Part shown: one piece after another, positions 34,336 through 51,159 of the stretch
Numbering within the stretch: position 1 is the first letter of the stretch
Layout of the letters: the number at the start of each line of letters is the position of its first letter
Source: Dictyostelium discoideum
Lineage: Eukaryota
Assembly (NCBI GenBank): GCA_000004695.1
Contig: CM000150.2
Coordinates: 2,944,001 to 3,008,000 of the forward strand
Reading direction: 5' to 3'
Length of the DNA stretch: 64,000 nucleotides
Made by a program: the position numbers and the translations under genes
The notes under the pieces: model-generated
The model's input: only the letters and a program-made list of their open reading frames with translations
Databases searched by the model: none
What the model was told of the DNA's origin: nothing

Positions 34336-36393
34336 TTATCTTTTTTTACTAAAATCATCAAAACCAAATGGATCATCAGATTTCTTTTTCTCTTTTTCAA
34401 ATGCAACAGGACCTGTTCTGTCTTTTGATCTGTCAGTTCCACTAAATTCTTTATTTGGTCTTGGTACACCGCCGCTACCACTACCACCCTCTTTACCGAA
34501 TCTACTATTACTTAAAACATCTTGAATTGATGTATTATCCTCTTGATTTGATTTTGGTCTATAGATTGAATTTGATACAGCGCCACCAAACAAAGGTTTA
34601 GAATAAACATTGTATGAATCATCATTACCAAATCCACTAGTAAGACTTTCTGATTGATTGAATAATCTTTGATCATATATTGAATCTTCAGTTCTCTTTA
34701 TTGAAGCTTGACCCAATGCAATCTTTTCACTAATATCACGATCTTGATCTCTATTGAATTTAGATTTCTTTCCACTTGCTTCTAATCTATATTCACGTTC
34801 TAATTCTCTCTTCTTTTCCATTCTAATTTTATCTCTTTCTAATTTCTCTTTTCTTTCTCTTCTAACTCTTTCATCTTCACTATCTGATGAATCTGAATCA
34901 CTATCTGAATCACTATCTGACCTTCTCTTACTATATCTATCTCTATCATTACTATCATCACGACGTCTATTGTCTCTATTGTCTCTATTATCTCTACTAT
35001 CCCTACTATCCCTATTATCCCTACTATCCCTACTATCCCTACTATCCCTACTATCCCTACTATCCCTACTATCCCTACTATCCCTATTATCTCTACTATC
35101 TATATTGTCTCTACCACGATTATCCCTATTATCTTTTATTCTATATCTATCATCGTCATCATCATTATCATTTCTACTTGGTATTCTTTCAGTAGATCTT
35201 GATCTTGATCTTCTATTCATTGGTGGTGTTCTTTTATTTTTATCTTCATCACTACTACTATCATTATCATTATCATTATCAGAATCTGAATTATCTTTTC
35301 TTGTATATCTTTGTTGTATTATACCAGATCTTTCATTTCTAACATCTTCAGCTAATTTACGAAGCATATCTTGTTTTCTTTCTTTTTCTTTTTGAGCTAA
35401 TTTTCTTTCTAACTCAGCACGTGCTGAAACCTCTTCACGTGCATTCGATTCAGCTATATAGAGTGCTTGAGTGAAATGAGCAAACTTATCATTGATCTCT
35501 ACATCTTGTAAGCCACCACCATTTGAAACCAAACGTTTATCAATTGAGATTGCAAAACCTTTTGGATTTTTCCAATTTGAAACACATGGTGGTATGGTCC
35601 AATCTTGTTGATCCTGTACTGATAATTTACGAGTTGGTGAATGCATAACTGGTGCAGGTGGTGAACCATGCTCCATAATCTTCTTTTTAATCTTATATTT
35701 TGGTGGTTCCAATGGATCTTGTGCGACATCTACCATACGAACAATCTTTGAATTTAATGCACTACCATTGTTTGAACCCAATTGATTCGATGGTGTATAC
35801 TTTATATAGGTGGCACTTTTTTTCTCAACCTCTACATAGTTGGTTGATTTCGATGATTTTATTTTACCATTTACAATCTTTTCTAATGCATTCTTTGTTC
35901 TATCCAATGTTTCTTGTAGTTCATCATCATCTGGTCTTTGTAATTCATGCTCTGTATGTTGTTTTGGTATTAAATCTTTATATTGTGAATGTAAACTACC
36001 CTTTTCACCTAAAATAGCTTCATGTTTAACTCTACCTGTCGAATCAACACTAACTGGTACAATTGATGTTGTTGTACCACCACCATTCATATTACTTGTA
36101 TTGCTATTACTTGATTTAGATTTACCCTTTCTACCCATATCCAATGGATATTGTACTATATGAATCTCTGGGAATGCACCACCATCCCCAAAATCTTCTA
36201 TATTCTTTGGTAAATATCCTTTTCTATTACCATATGTTGGTATTACTTTTTTTGGTTTATCATTTAATTCTTGTTGTTGTTGTTGTTGTTGTTTCTGTTG
36301 TTGTGGTTTTGGTTTCGGTTGAAAAAGTGGATCCTCTTCTTCATTACTATATACATTTTTTGGTTTTGGTAATAATGATGATAATGATGTCAT
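34336..36393 (-). CDS. snwA: SNW domain splicing factor (SKIP/SNW1/Prp45 homolog) with a C-terminal RS-like (DSRDNR)n tract. 685 aa.
   Basis: Canonical SNW domain: PPCVSNWKNPKGFAISIDKRLVSNGGGLQDVEINDKFAHFTQALYIAESNAREEV. Upstream is the conserved GNRKGYLPKNIEDFGDGGAFPEIHIVQYPLDMGRK region. Downstream are RDSRDSRDSRDSRDS repeats. Single exon. Confidence 0.85.
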   Translation of the reverse strand: MTSLSSLLPKPKNVYSNEEEDPLFQPKPKPQQQKQQQQQQQELNDKPKKVIPTYGNRKGYLPKNIEDFGDGGAFPEIHIVQYPLDMGRKGKSKSSNSNTSNMNGGGTTTSIVPVSVDSTGRVKHEAILGEKGSLHSQYKDLIPKQHTEHELQRPDDDELQETLDRTKNALEKIVNGKIKSSKSTNYVEVEKKSATYIKYTPSNQLGSNNGSALNSKIVRMVDVAQDPLEPPKYKIKKKIMEHGSPPAPVMHSPTRKLSVQDQQDWTIPPCVSNWKNPKGFAISIDKRLVSNGGGLQDVEINDKFAHFTQALYIAESNAREEVSARAELERKLAQKEKERKQDMLRKLAEDVRNERSGIIQQRYTRKDNSDSDNDNDNDSSSDEDKNKRTPPMNRRSRSRSTERIPSRNDNDDDDDRYRIKDNRDNRGRDNIDSRDNRDSRDSRDSRDSRDSRDSRDSRDNRDSRDSRDNRDNRDNRRRDDSNDRDRYSKRRSDSDSDSDSDSSDSEDERVRRERKEKLERDKIRMEKKRELEREYRLEASGKKSKFNRDQDRDISEKIALGQASIKRTEDSIYDQRLFNQSESLTSGFGNDDSYNVYSKPLFGGAVSNSIYRPKSNQEDNTSIQDVLSNSRFGKEGGSGSGGVPRPNKEFSGTDRSKDRTGPVAFEKEKKKSDDPFGFDDFSKKR

Positions 36394-37115
36394 TGTTTTT
36401 ATTATATAAATATGTATATTATTATTAAGTTTATTGGTATATTTCTCTTTCTCTTAAATAAATAATTCAGGTTATAAAACAAAAAAACTAAAAACAATTA
36501 AAAATAAAATAAAATTAAAAAAAAAAAAAAAAAACAATTGAAAAAAATTTTTGAAATAAAAAAAAAAATTTTAAAAATTAATTATTTTTTTTTTTTTTTT
36601 TTTAATTTTATTTTATTTTATTTTTAAATAAATTATTACCATTTTTAAAACAGATTAAATTTTGTCATTGATATTGTTTTTTTAATCGTGATTATTATTT
36701 AATATTAAATTGTAATATTTATTATAATTTAAATTTTTTTTTTTTTTTTTTTTTATTGGAAAAATAATTATAAAATTAGTTGGATTTTTAATTTATTTTA
36801 TAATTATAACCCTAAAAAAAAAAAACCATTCAGTTAAATGGATAAAAAATAAATAAAAAAAAAAAAAAATATATATATAAATTAATTTTAATCCAAAGTG
36901 TTTCGACCAGTTAATCAAGATCCCAAATCGAGTTTTTTTATTTAATAAAAATTAAAAAAAAAAAAAAAAAAAAAAAGATTTTTTTTTATTTTTTTTTTTT
37001 TTTAAATTTTTCAAAATTTTGTCTGGGTGAAAAAAAAAAAAAAAATAAAAAAAATAAAAAAAAAAAAGGTGTAATATATTTAATCAACATACATTCAGCA
37101 TATATAATAAAAGCA

Positions 37116-37944
<829 letters not shown>

Positions 37945-38128
37945 ATAGGAAATGTAATATTAAAAAATAATAATAATAATTATAAAAAAAATAAAAAAAA
38001 GATATAAATATCCATATACACTTATTTATAAGAAAAAAAAAAAAAAAAAAAAAAGGTTTTTATTTATTATTTACAAATTCGGCGCTCTGTGTTTCTTTTT
38101 TTTTTTATTTTTTATTTTTTTTTTAGTA

Positions 38129-38380
38129 TTAATCTTGTTGTTCTTCTTTTTTTTCTTCTTGTTGTTTTTGTTTAATTTTTTTTTCTAAAACTAAACAAGA
38201 GATTACATGTCTCATTGGAACGAAAACTACACCCAATTCTTTTCTTATGGTTTGTCCATCAGGTAACACTACATCTTCATAAGCATAATTTAATAATATA
38301 TTTTGTTGTTTGTCAAAACATGTGAAAACTCCTTTGATCATTCTATTTCCTGTTGCTATAATTTGAATTTCATGATCCAT
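38129..38380 (-). CDS. Sm-like (LSm) domain protein. 83 aa from the annotated ATG, with a possible N-terminal extension.
   Basis: Sm fold pattern: IQIIATGNRMIKGVFTCFDKQQNILLNYAYEDVVLPDGQTIRKELGVVFVPMRHVISC (G..FD..N..L...E......G.....LG..FV....V). The reading frame stays open and codon-like upstream to about 38470 (KKKQKKKEEVVSQVENIENHEPNESITSEAIKKVQEW) with no ATG. The true 5' exon may therefore be missed. Confidence 0.55.
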   Translation of the reverse strand: MDHEIQIIATGNRMIKGVFTCFDKQQNILLNYAYEDVVLPDGQTIRKELGVVFVPMRHVISCLVLEKKIKQKQQEEKKEEQQD

Positions 38381-38768
38381 CCATTCTTGAACTTTTTTAA
38401 TTGCCTCTGATGTAATCGATTCATTTGGTTCGTGATTTTCTATATTTTCAACTTGTGAAACTACTTCTTCCTTTTTTTTTTGTTTTTTTTTCCAAAAATT
38501 AATTTTTTTTTTTTTTTTAATTTTTTTATTTTTTTATTTATTTTTTATATGGTTAATATTATGATATTAAAATTTTTAAAGTTAAAGTGAATTAAGGGTG
38601 TTGTGTATGTGTGTGAGGGTGAGGGTGAAATAAGTATAATGTATGTGTGTTGTGTGTATATTTTATTGAAGATATACCATTTTTATATTAAGTTTTTTGT
38701 GTAGTTCTATAGTTAATTAATTTTCAAATTATTATTTTTTTTTTTTTTTTTTTTTTTTAATTCTTTTT

Positions 38769-38807
<39 letters not shown>

Positions 38808-38928
38808 CAGCGCTTTTTTTTTTAAAATTCAAAAAAAAAAACAAAAAAACAAAAATTATTTTCTTTTTTCCCTTATTTATAAAAAAAAAAAAAGTAAAAC
38901 AAAAATTTATTTATTTACATATATACTA

Positions 38929-38973
38929 ATTAATTAATTAATTAATTAATTAATTAATTAATTAATTAAACTT

Positions 38974-39010
<37 letters not shown>
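38929..39010. repeat. (TTAA)n followed by (TA)n simple repeats in the suvA 5' intergenic region.
   Basis: ttaattaattaatt... then atatatatatatat. Confidence 0.85.
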
Positions 39011-39015
<5 letters not shown>

Positions 39016-39179
39016 CTTTTTATTTATATATATATTACATAATTTCCCCTTTTTTTTAATTTTTTTTTTTTCAATTACCAAAAATAATAGGGTAACAATA
39101 AATCTCATATAAAAACACCACACTACTAGTTTTATACATACACATTCAAAATTAAATAAAAACATGATCCTACTTTGAA

Positions 39180-43875
<4,696 letters not shown>

Positions 43876-44149
43876 TATTAATAACCAAAAAAAAAAAAAA
43901 AAAAAAAACAAAAAAATTTAATAAATTTTAATTATTTTCAACACTTACACATTCCAAGATTTGATATAATTTAAAAGAATTGGGTGAAACTCTTGGATTT
44001 AAATTAAAAAAAAAAATCACGGAATTTTCTCCAAATTACTGTAATTTTTTTTTTTTTCAGAAAACTTTAAAAATTTTAAAAATTTTTTTTTTATATTTTT
44101 TTTTTTTTTATATTTTATTTTTTAATTTCCACATAAAACAACTAAACAA

Positions 44150-44932
44150 ATGGTAATTTCTTCAGATCAAGAACAACTTTTATCTTCAACAGAAGATCAG
44201 CTATTACAATACCAACAACAACATCAACAATCACAATTATCAGAACAACCACAACATATAATACCAATTGGACCACCACAAAATGTATTACCGATGGGAA
44301 AATATAAAATTCCAGAAACTTTTTCATGTAATATATTTACAGGTTATGAAAACCCAACAACTTGTCCAACTGAAATATCAAACTATTTATCATTTGATGA
44401 ATATAATTCATTGGTTATTTCATTAAATAATAAAATGGATACCTTCCATAGAAACTATTGGATCTCCTTTATTATTTATATTATTGTTGTTTTATTGTTT
44501 TACTGTTCATTTTTTATTATATATTCAGATAAAATATTTTTAATACTTGGTTTATTACTTACTGCTATAATATCAATAGCTTTCTTTTTAAATTATTTAC
44601 AAAAAAGGGTAAGTTAAGAAATCATTTTTAAAATAATATAAAAATTAAAAAAAAAAAAAAAGTGAGGAAAAATTTATTTATAAATATTCTAAAAATAAAA
44701 ATAGAATTTTGAAAATATTAAAAAGATTTGTAAAGAATATACTGTTCAATTTTCCAATAGAAATATTAAAGTTGAAACTACTAAAAAACAATTTAAGGTC
44801 AGTGTACATATCAATTATCCACAAAATACTTTTGTTTTATCACAACAATATCTCCAACCACAATTTCAACAATTTCAACCAATTTATCGCCAAAACATTT
44901 GTCAACCACAACAACAACAGCAACAACAATAA
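44150..44932 (+). CDS. Small single-pass membrane protein with a Q/P-rich C-terminal tail. Paralog A. join(44150..44608, 44705..44932), about 229 aa.
   Basis: Exon 1: MVISSDQEQLLSS...IPIGPPQNVLPMGKYKIPETFSCNIFTGYENPTTCPTEISNYLSFDEYNSLVISLNNKMDTFHRNYW, then a hydrophobic segment, then ...YLQKR|GTAAGT. Exon 2 follows a 96-nt intron ending ATAG: NFENIKKICKEYTVQFSNRNIKVETTKKQFKVSVHINYPQNTFVLSQQYLQPQFQQFQPIYRQNICQPQQQQQQQ*. The track ORF 44709..44936 is the wrong frame. Confidence 0.55.
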
Positions 44933-45309
44933 ATAAAGTTCCTTTTATTCAAAATTAATAACTTAGTTTCCAAATTTAATACATTGAAAATTTCTGTTTA
45001 AAAAAATAAATAAAAAAAACAAGAAAAAAAAAAAATATTTAAGGAAAAAGAAAAAAAAAATAATTGGAATGATCTTTGGAAATTATTTTTTTTTATTTTT
45101 TTTTTAATTTTTTTATTTTTTTTTCTTCTTTTTTTAAGCACCAATTTTTGATCAAATTTTTTTTTTGTTTTTTTTTTATTTTAATTTTATTTTTTGTTTT
45201 TTTTTTTTCTCAAAAAACCACCAATTTTTTAATTTATTTTTTTTGTTTTTTTTTTTTTTTCACACATTATTTTTTTTTTTTATTATTTCTCTCTCATAAA
45301 ATAACAATA

Positions 45310-46097
45310 ATGGGAATTTCTTTAGATCAAGAACAACTTTTATCTTCAGCAGAACAACAACAACAACAATCGCAATTATCAGAACAACCACAATATGTAA
45401 TACCAATTGGACCACAAAATGTATTACCAATGGGAAAATTTAAAATCCCAGAAACTTTTTCATGTAATAGATTTACAGGTTATGAAAAACCAACAACATG
45501 TCCAACTGAATTATCAAACTATTTATCATTTGATGATTATAAGTCATTGGTTAATTCATTAAATAATAAAATGGATTCCTTCCATAGACTCTATTGGTGT
45601 TCCATTATCGTCTATATGGTTCTTATTTTCTCTTGTTCATTTTCTGGTGTTTTTATAGGTGTGATATTTTTAGTGGTTAGTATAATACTTATTGTTGCCG
45701 TCTTTCTTTGCTTTTTATTTTATTTACAAAATAGAGTAAGTTAAGGAATCATATAAAAAATTTAAAAAAAAATAAAAAAGGTGAGAAAGTTTTTTTATTA
45801 ACATTCTAAAAATAAAAATAGATTTTTGAAAATATTAAAAAGATTTGTAATGAATATAATGTTCAATTTTCCAATAGAAATATAAAATTTGAGGTCGCTA
45901 AAAAACAATTTAAGATCAGTGTACATATCAATTATCCACAAAATATTTCCTTTGTTTTACCACAATATCTCCAACCACAATTCCAACCACAATTTCAACC
46001 ACAATTTCAACCACAATTTCAACCACAATTCCAACCACAATTTCAACAACAACCAATTTACCATCAAAACATTTATCAACCACAACAACAACAATAA
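45310..46097 (+). CDS. Small single-pass membrane protein with a (QPQF)n tail. Paralog B, a tandem duplicate of the gene at 44150-44932. join(45310..45735, 45822..46097), about 233 aa.
   Basis: Exon 1: MGISLDQEQLLSSAEQQQQQSQLSEQPQYVIPIGPQNVLPMGKFKIPETFSCNRFTGYEKPTTCPTELSNYLSFDDYKSLVNSLNNKMDSFHRLYW, then a TM segment, then ...YLQNR|GTAAGT. Exon 2: IFENIKKICNEYNVQFSNRNIKFEVAKKQFKISVHINYPQNISFVLPQYLQPQFQPQFQPQFQPQFQPQFQPQFQQQPIYHQNIYQPQQQQ*. Same gene structure and intron position as paralog A. Confidence 0.55.
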
Positions 46098-46410
46098 ATA
46101 GCACTTCTTTTTCTACATGACCAATGTCTCTGTTTACCCAAATTTAAATGGAAAATTTGGAAAATTTTTATTAATTTTTTCACCTATTTTGGATGTGAAA
46201 AGTCCAAAAAAAAAAAAAAAAAAAAAAAAAAATAAAAATAAAAAATAAATAAAAAGTGTAAAATGAAGTTTAATAAGAATAGATCCTTTTTTTTTTTTTT
46301 TTTGTTTTTTTTTTTTTTTATATTATTTTTTTTTTTTGTTTTTTTTTATTTTTTAATTTTTTTTTTTTTTTTTTTTAGATTAATAGAGATTTAAAAAAAT
46401 ACAAGAAGAT

Positions 46411-49015
46411 TTATACGTCTGGATGATCACGTTTGTATTCAGCATAAAGGGTATCAATAATGGTTTGATATCTTTCTTTGAGTTGTGGTCTCTTTGGTTT
46501 GAATGATGGAGTTAATAAATTGTTTTCCTCAGTGAATGGTTCATGTTCTACGTAGATATGTTTTAATTTTTCAAAACCATGTAATTTGGCTTCGGCAGCG
46601 CAAGCATCGAAACTTGATAAAATTTCTTTGTAGAGTTCTTTTGATTTTGCGAGGGTTGCATGGTTTGAAACATCAAGTTCTGGATATTTGGAAGCGAATA
46701 ATTTTTGGACAACTTCAAAATCTGGTACGACAACACCAACCAAGAAACTATTTAATGAATCACCATAGACAAATACTTGAGAGGCAAATGGTGAACGAAC
46801 GAAAACAGATTCCAAATATTCGGCGGCAACGTATTCACCTTGAGATAATTTGAAGATATTTTTCTTACGATCAATGATTGAGAGGGTACCATTTTCATTC
46901 CAACGACCAATATCACCAGTATGGAACCAACCATCTTCTTTGAGATCTTCTTTGGTCTTTTCTGGATCCTTAAAGTAACCTTTGAAAACGTTGAAACCAC
47001 GAATACAAACCTCACCTCTTGGACATGGTTTATCAGTAGAGAAATAGTTCATCTCTGGAACGTCGATTAATTTCATTTCACAGGCACTGAGTGGTGGACC
47101 AACATGACCTACATTGTTATCTTCTGGATAGGCAACAGAGGCACCACCTACATTTTCAGAGAGACCATAACCAGAGACGACTGGACAACAGAAACAAGCA
47201 CGTAAGAATTCGGCTAATTTTGGATCCAATGGAGCGGAACCGGAAAGGATGAATTTAACACGACCACCAAGTCTATCCTTTGTTTTTGAGAAAACCAATT
47301 TATCCCAAATTGGAGTGGTTGAACCAAGTCTTAATGCAGATTGTTTAGAGTTGAGACCCCAATTGAAGAGGAATTTCTTTAACCAACTATCATTGTTGAC
47401 AGTGAACCAAAGTTTGTCGTGAAGACGTTGCCATACTCTTGGGGCACCACATAAAAAGGTTGGACGTAAAACTTGGATATCGTTGAATAACTCTGGAATT
47501 AAACCAGAGAAGAAACCAATTTGACCACCAACATAACACATCAATGAAACGACGGCACGTTCAAATGAGTGAGCCAATGGGAGGTATGACATATGAACAT
47601 CCTCTGGAATTACACCTGCTGGTGAAAAGTTGGCACCTGCAACTTCACTGACCATATTTGTATGAGTTAACATTACACCCTTTGGATTACCAGTTGAACC
47701 AGAGGTGTAAAGTAATGTACATAAATCTTCTGGTGATGGGACTTCATGTTGGGCTGGATTTTGTTCACCCAATTTTTCAAAATCTGATAAGAGGTAAAGT
47801 TTAACGTTTTCATTATCCTTGAATTTATCTAATGTTGCTTGTGGTAATGGATCATAACTGACAATTGTTTTAATGGTTGTACCTGGCATTGAAAGAATCT
47901 TTTCAACATTTTTACCTTCACATAAAAGTACTGAAATCTCTGAATGATTAACAACATATTCAATTGCATTGGCACCTAATGTTGCATATAATGCAACTGG
48001 TACAAGTGAATGATTCATTGCTGCCATATCTGATAAAACCCATTCTGGTCTATTAATTGAAAAAATACCAATTCTATCACCCTTTTAATTTTTATTTATC
48101 ATTTATTATTTATAAATTATTAAAGTAATAAGTTAAATGTTAATAATAAATAAAATTAAAATAAATAAAATTAATTAATTGAAAAAAGATTTAGATATTT
48201 ATAATTTGATTAAAAAAAAAAAAAAAAAAACACAAAATGGTGTGGGGTTGGTGCACAAAATTTTTTTTTTTTTTTAAAATCAATTAACTTTTTATCAAAT
48301 TTTAAAAAAAATATCTTGGGGATTTTCATCGTTTCACAAAAAAAAAAAAAAATTTTAAAAAAAAAACCCTTTTTTCCCCGATATTTGATTTAGTTGCGGT
48401 TTTTTTTTTTGAGTGATTAACAAAGTGTTTTGAAAAAAAAAAAAAAAAGAGAAAAGTGTTTTGAAAAAAGAAAATAAAAAAAAAAAGAAAAGAAAAAAAT
48501 AAAAAAAAATAAAAAAATTATTTGTGAAAACCAAATATTAAAATATTTCTTCTTTACCTTATTTAAACCTAATTGAACTAAAGCTGAACCAATGTTATTT
48601 GCTCTAATGCATGCTTGTTTATAAGAAATCCATTTGTAATCACCTCTTTTGCCATCTGCTAATAATTCACGAATACCTAAAAAGTTTGAATCTGAATCTT
48701 TATTTATTCTTTAAATTTATTTATTATTGAAAAATATTAGAATTTAATAATCATAAAAACTTTATTTTATATTATTATTATTATTATTTATTTATTTTTT
48801 TTTTTATTTTTTTAAAAATACATACCTATAAACATCATACAAGGTAAAGGTTTTACCGTCTGGTGAATTTGTTAATTTTGGGAATTTAGTGTTTCTTCTT
48901 GGTCTAGTTTCGCCTGGTATAACTTCACTACCGTCTACTTCAACACTTTGAAGACGGATCTAAAAATAAATTCAAACAATTGTGTAATTATAGTAATAAA
49001 GTTAGTATAAATAAT

Positions 49016-49052
<37 letters not shown>

Positions 49053-49319
49053 CTTTTTGACTTTTTATTTATTTTAGTAAAAAATACATACAAAATCTGG
49101 GTCACCAAGTAAATCTATATAATTAATTTTATTACAATAAAATTATATATGTATATTATTTAAAGTTTTTATATTTTTTTTTTTTTATTTTTTTTTTTTA
49201 TTTTTTTATTTTTTTATTTTTTTTTTTTTCATTTATTTTAGTAAAGAAGAATATTAAATATTTAATTAATAATATTTAATTAATAATTAATTACCTGTTT
49301 TTGTTGAAAGGCTTGACAT
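46411..49319 (-). CDS. Long-chain fatty-acyl-CoA synthetase (AMP-binding superfamily). join(49319..49295, 48934..48836, 48708..48558, 48081..46411), about 650 aa.
   Basis: AMP-binding motif: LLYTSGSTGNPKGVMLTHTNMV. C-terminal LC-FACS features: GWFHTGDIGRWNENGTLSIIDRKKNIFKLSQGEYV. Exon 1a: ATGTCAAGCCTTTCAACAAAAACAG|GTAATT. Exon 1b: (D)GSEVIPGETRPRRNTKFPKLTNSPDGKTFTLYDVYR|GTATGT. Exon 2: INKDSDSNFLGIRELLADGKRGDYKWISYKQACIRANNIGSALVQLGLNK|GTAAAG. Exon 3: GDRIGIFSINRPEWVLSDMAAMNHS.... Resembles Dictyostelium FcsA/FcsB; which one was not determined. Confidence 0.75.
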
Positions 49320-50315
49320 TTATAAAATTATATTACAATGAAAAATAAAAATAAAAAAAGAGAATTTGATATTAAAAATAAAATAAAAAAAAAAAAAAAG
49401 AAAAAAAAAAAAAAAGATAGTGAAAATTTGAAAAAAAAAAAAAATAAAAAAAAAAAAAATAAAAAAAAATTAAATAAAAAAAAAAAATAAAAAAAAAAAA
49501 ATTAAAAATAAAATAGATTTTTATTTTTTGTGTAAAAAAATTTTTCAAAATTAATATCAAATTTGAAATTTAAAAAAACAACTGCAATGTGTGGTGTATT
49601 TTGGGAGTTGTTTATAGTTATTTATGTATTAAAATTTTATAACAATATTTTGTTTATGACAATATTTTGTTTATATGTTTTATGGTATTTCTTATATTTA
49701 TATCTTTTAATTTATTTTTCTTATTTTATATCTTTTAATAATATTTGAGTTAATAACTGAAGAAAAAAAAAAATTTTAATTTAATTATATTTTATAATAT
49801 TTAAAATGTGTTGATAGAATTAATTAAAAAAGGATATTAAAGGGATATAATAATTTTTGGAAATAATTATTTTATAATAATAATTGAATTTGCTATTTTA
49901 AGAATATATAATTTATAATAATAAATAGAAAATACTATTTTTAAATTGGTATATGATATATGATATATGATATATCGTCAAGAATAAGAATGGTTTCGTT
50001 ATAGCAATTCGTAAAAAAAATTTAAATCAATAATTAAATATTATATTATAAAAAATAAATAACATAATAATACTTATATGTACTCACTTTGACCTTAATA
50101 ATAAAAAAAAAAAATAATGAAAAAAAAAAAAGTTTAAAAATGTGGGAATATTTTTATTTATACTCCCACTTAAATTAATATCTTTTACCTTAAGTGTTTT
50201 TACCAAAAATTATATAAAAAAAAAAAAATAAAAAATGCTTTTTACAAAAAAAAATTAATTTTATTTTTAATTTAATATTACTTCATTTATTGTTTTCTAT
50301 TTTAATTTTAATTTT

Positions 50316-50363
<48 letters not shown>

Positions 50364-50572
50364 CAATATTTTGATAATAAATTAAATTCTTAATAAAATA
50401 AAAATAAAACCTTATTTGGTTTTGTTTTTTTTTTGTAATAATCTTTTAAAATAAAAATAAAATAATATTAACAAGGCTCAATTTAATTTTGCCTTCATTT
50501 ATCGTTTGTGTATTACCGTTTTATTTTCTAATTTTAGTTTTATATTTTTATTTTTCTATTTTCAATTTTAAT

Positions 50573-50625
<53 letters not shown>

Positions 50626-50626
<1 letters not shown>

Positions 50627-51127
50627 CAATATTCTGATAATAAATTAAATTCTTTAATTATTGCATCTCTGATTTCTTTTAAATAAACTTTTCTTACAAA
50701 ATACAAACCATGTAAATTTGGTATATCTTTTAATTCTACAGCATAACGAGTATTATCTCTTGCTTCTGGATTATTATCGAACATTGTTACTCTTTTTGTG
50801 TCAAACTCAAATGAATGACCACCTTTACTATTGAAAAATATTTTTGAAGCTTGAAAGAATGATTCATCAGGAATAAATGAAAATTTAAAACTGATTAATC
50901 TTTCCAATGATTTTAAATCACTAATTAGGTATTTTACAAATTCAACATTTAAAAATTTCCATTGAGATCCGTCGCCATAACTTTTATTTCTATCATAATA
51001 TTTACTCATTCCCAAGCCATCACCACAACCTTGTTCTTTCATATTTTTTGGTAATAATTCAATTAATCCACTTTTATCATTAAGTTGTACCCAATTTCTC
51101 TATATTTAAATTTATATTAGTAATTAT

Positions 51128-51159
<32 letters not shown>

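Noticed and set aside
34754-35395. 213-aa plus-strand ORF (LSLLSLLS repeats) and the 34887-35195 YYPYYP ORF
   Set aside because: Frame artefacts of the (AGx)n / DSRDSR repeat region of the snwA gene on the opposite strand.
44709-44936. Track ORF MKILKRFVKNILFNF... (and 45889-46101 MRSLKNNLRSVY...)
   Set aside because: Wrong frame. The same DNA in another frame continues paralog A and B exon 1 after a canonical GTAAGT...AG intron, giving stop-free Q/P-rich tails.
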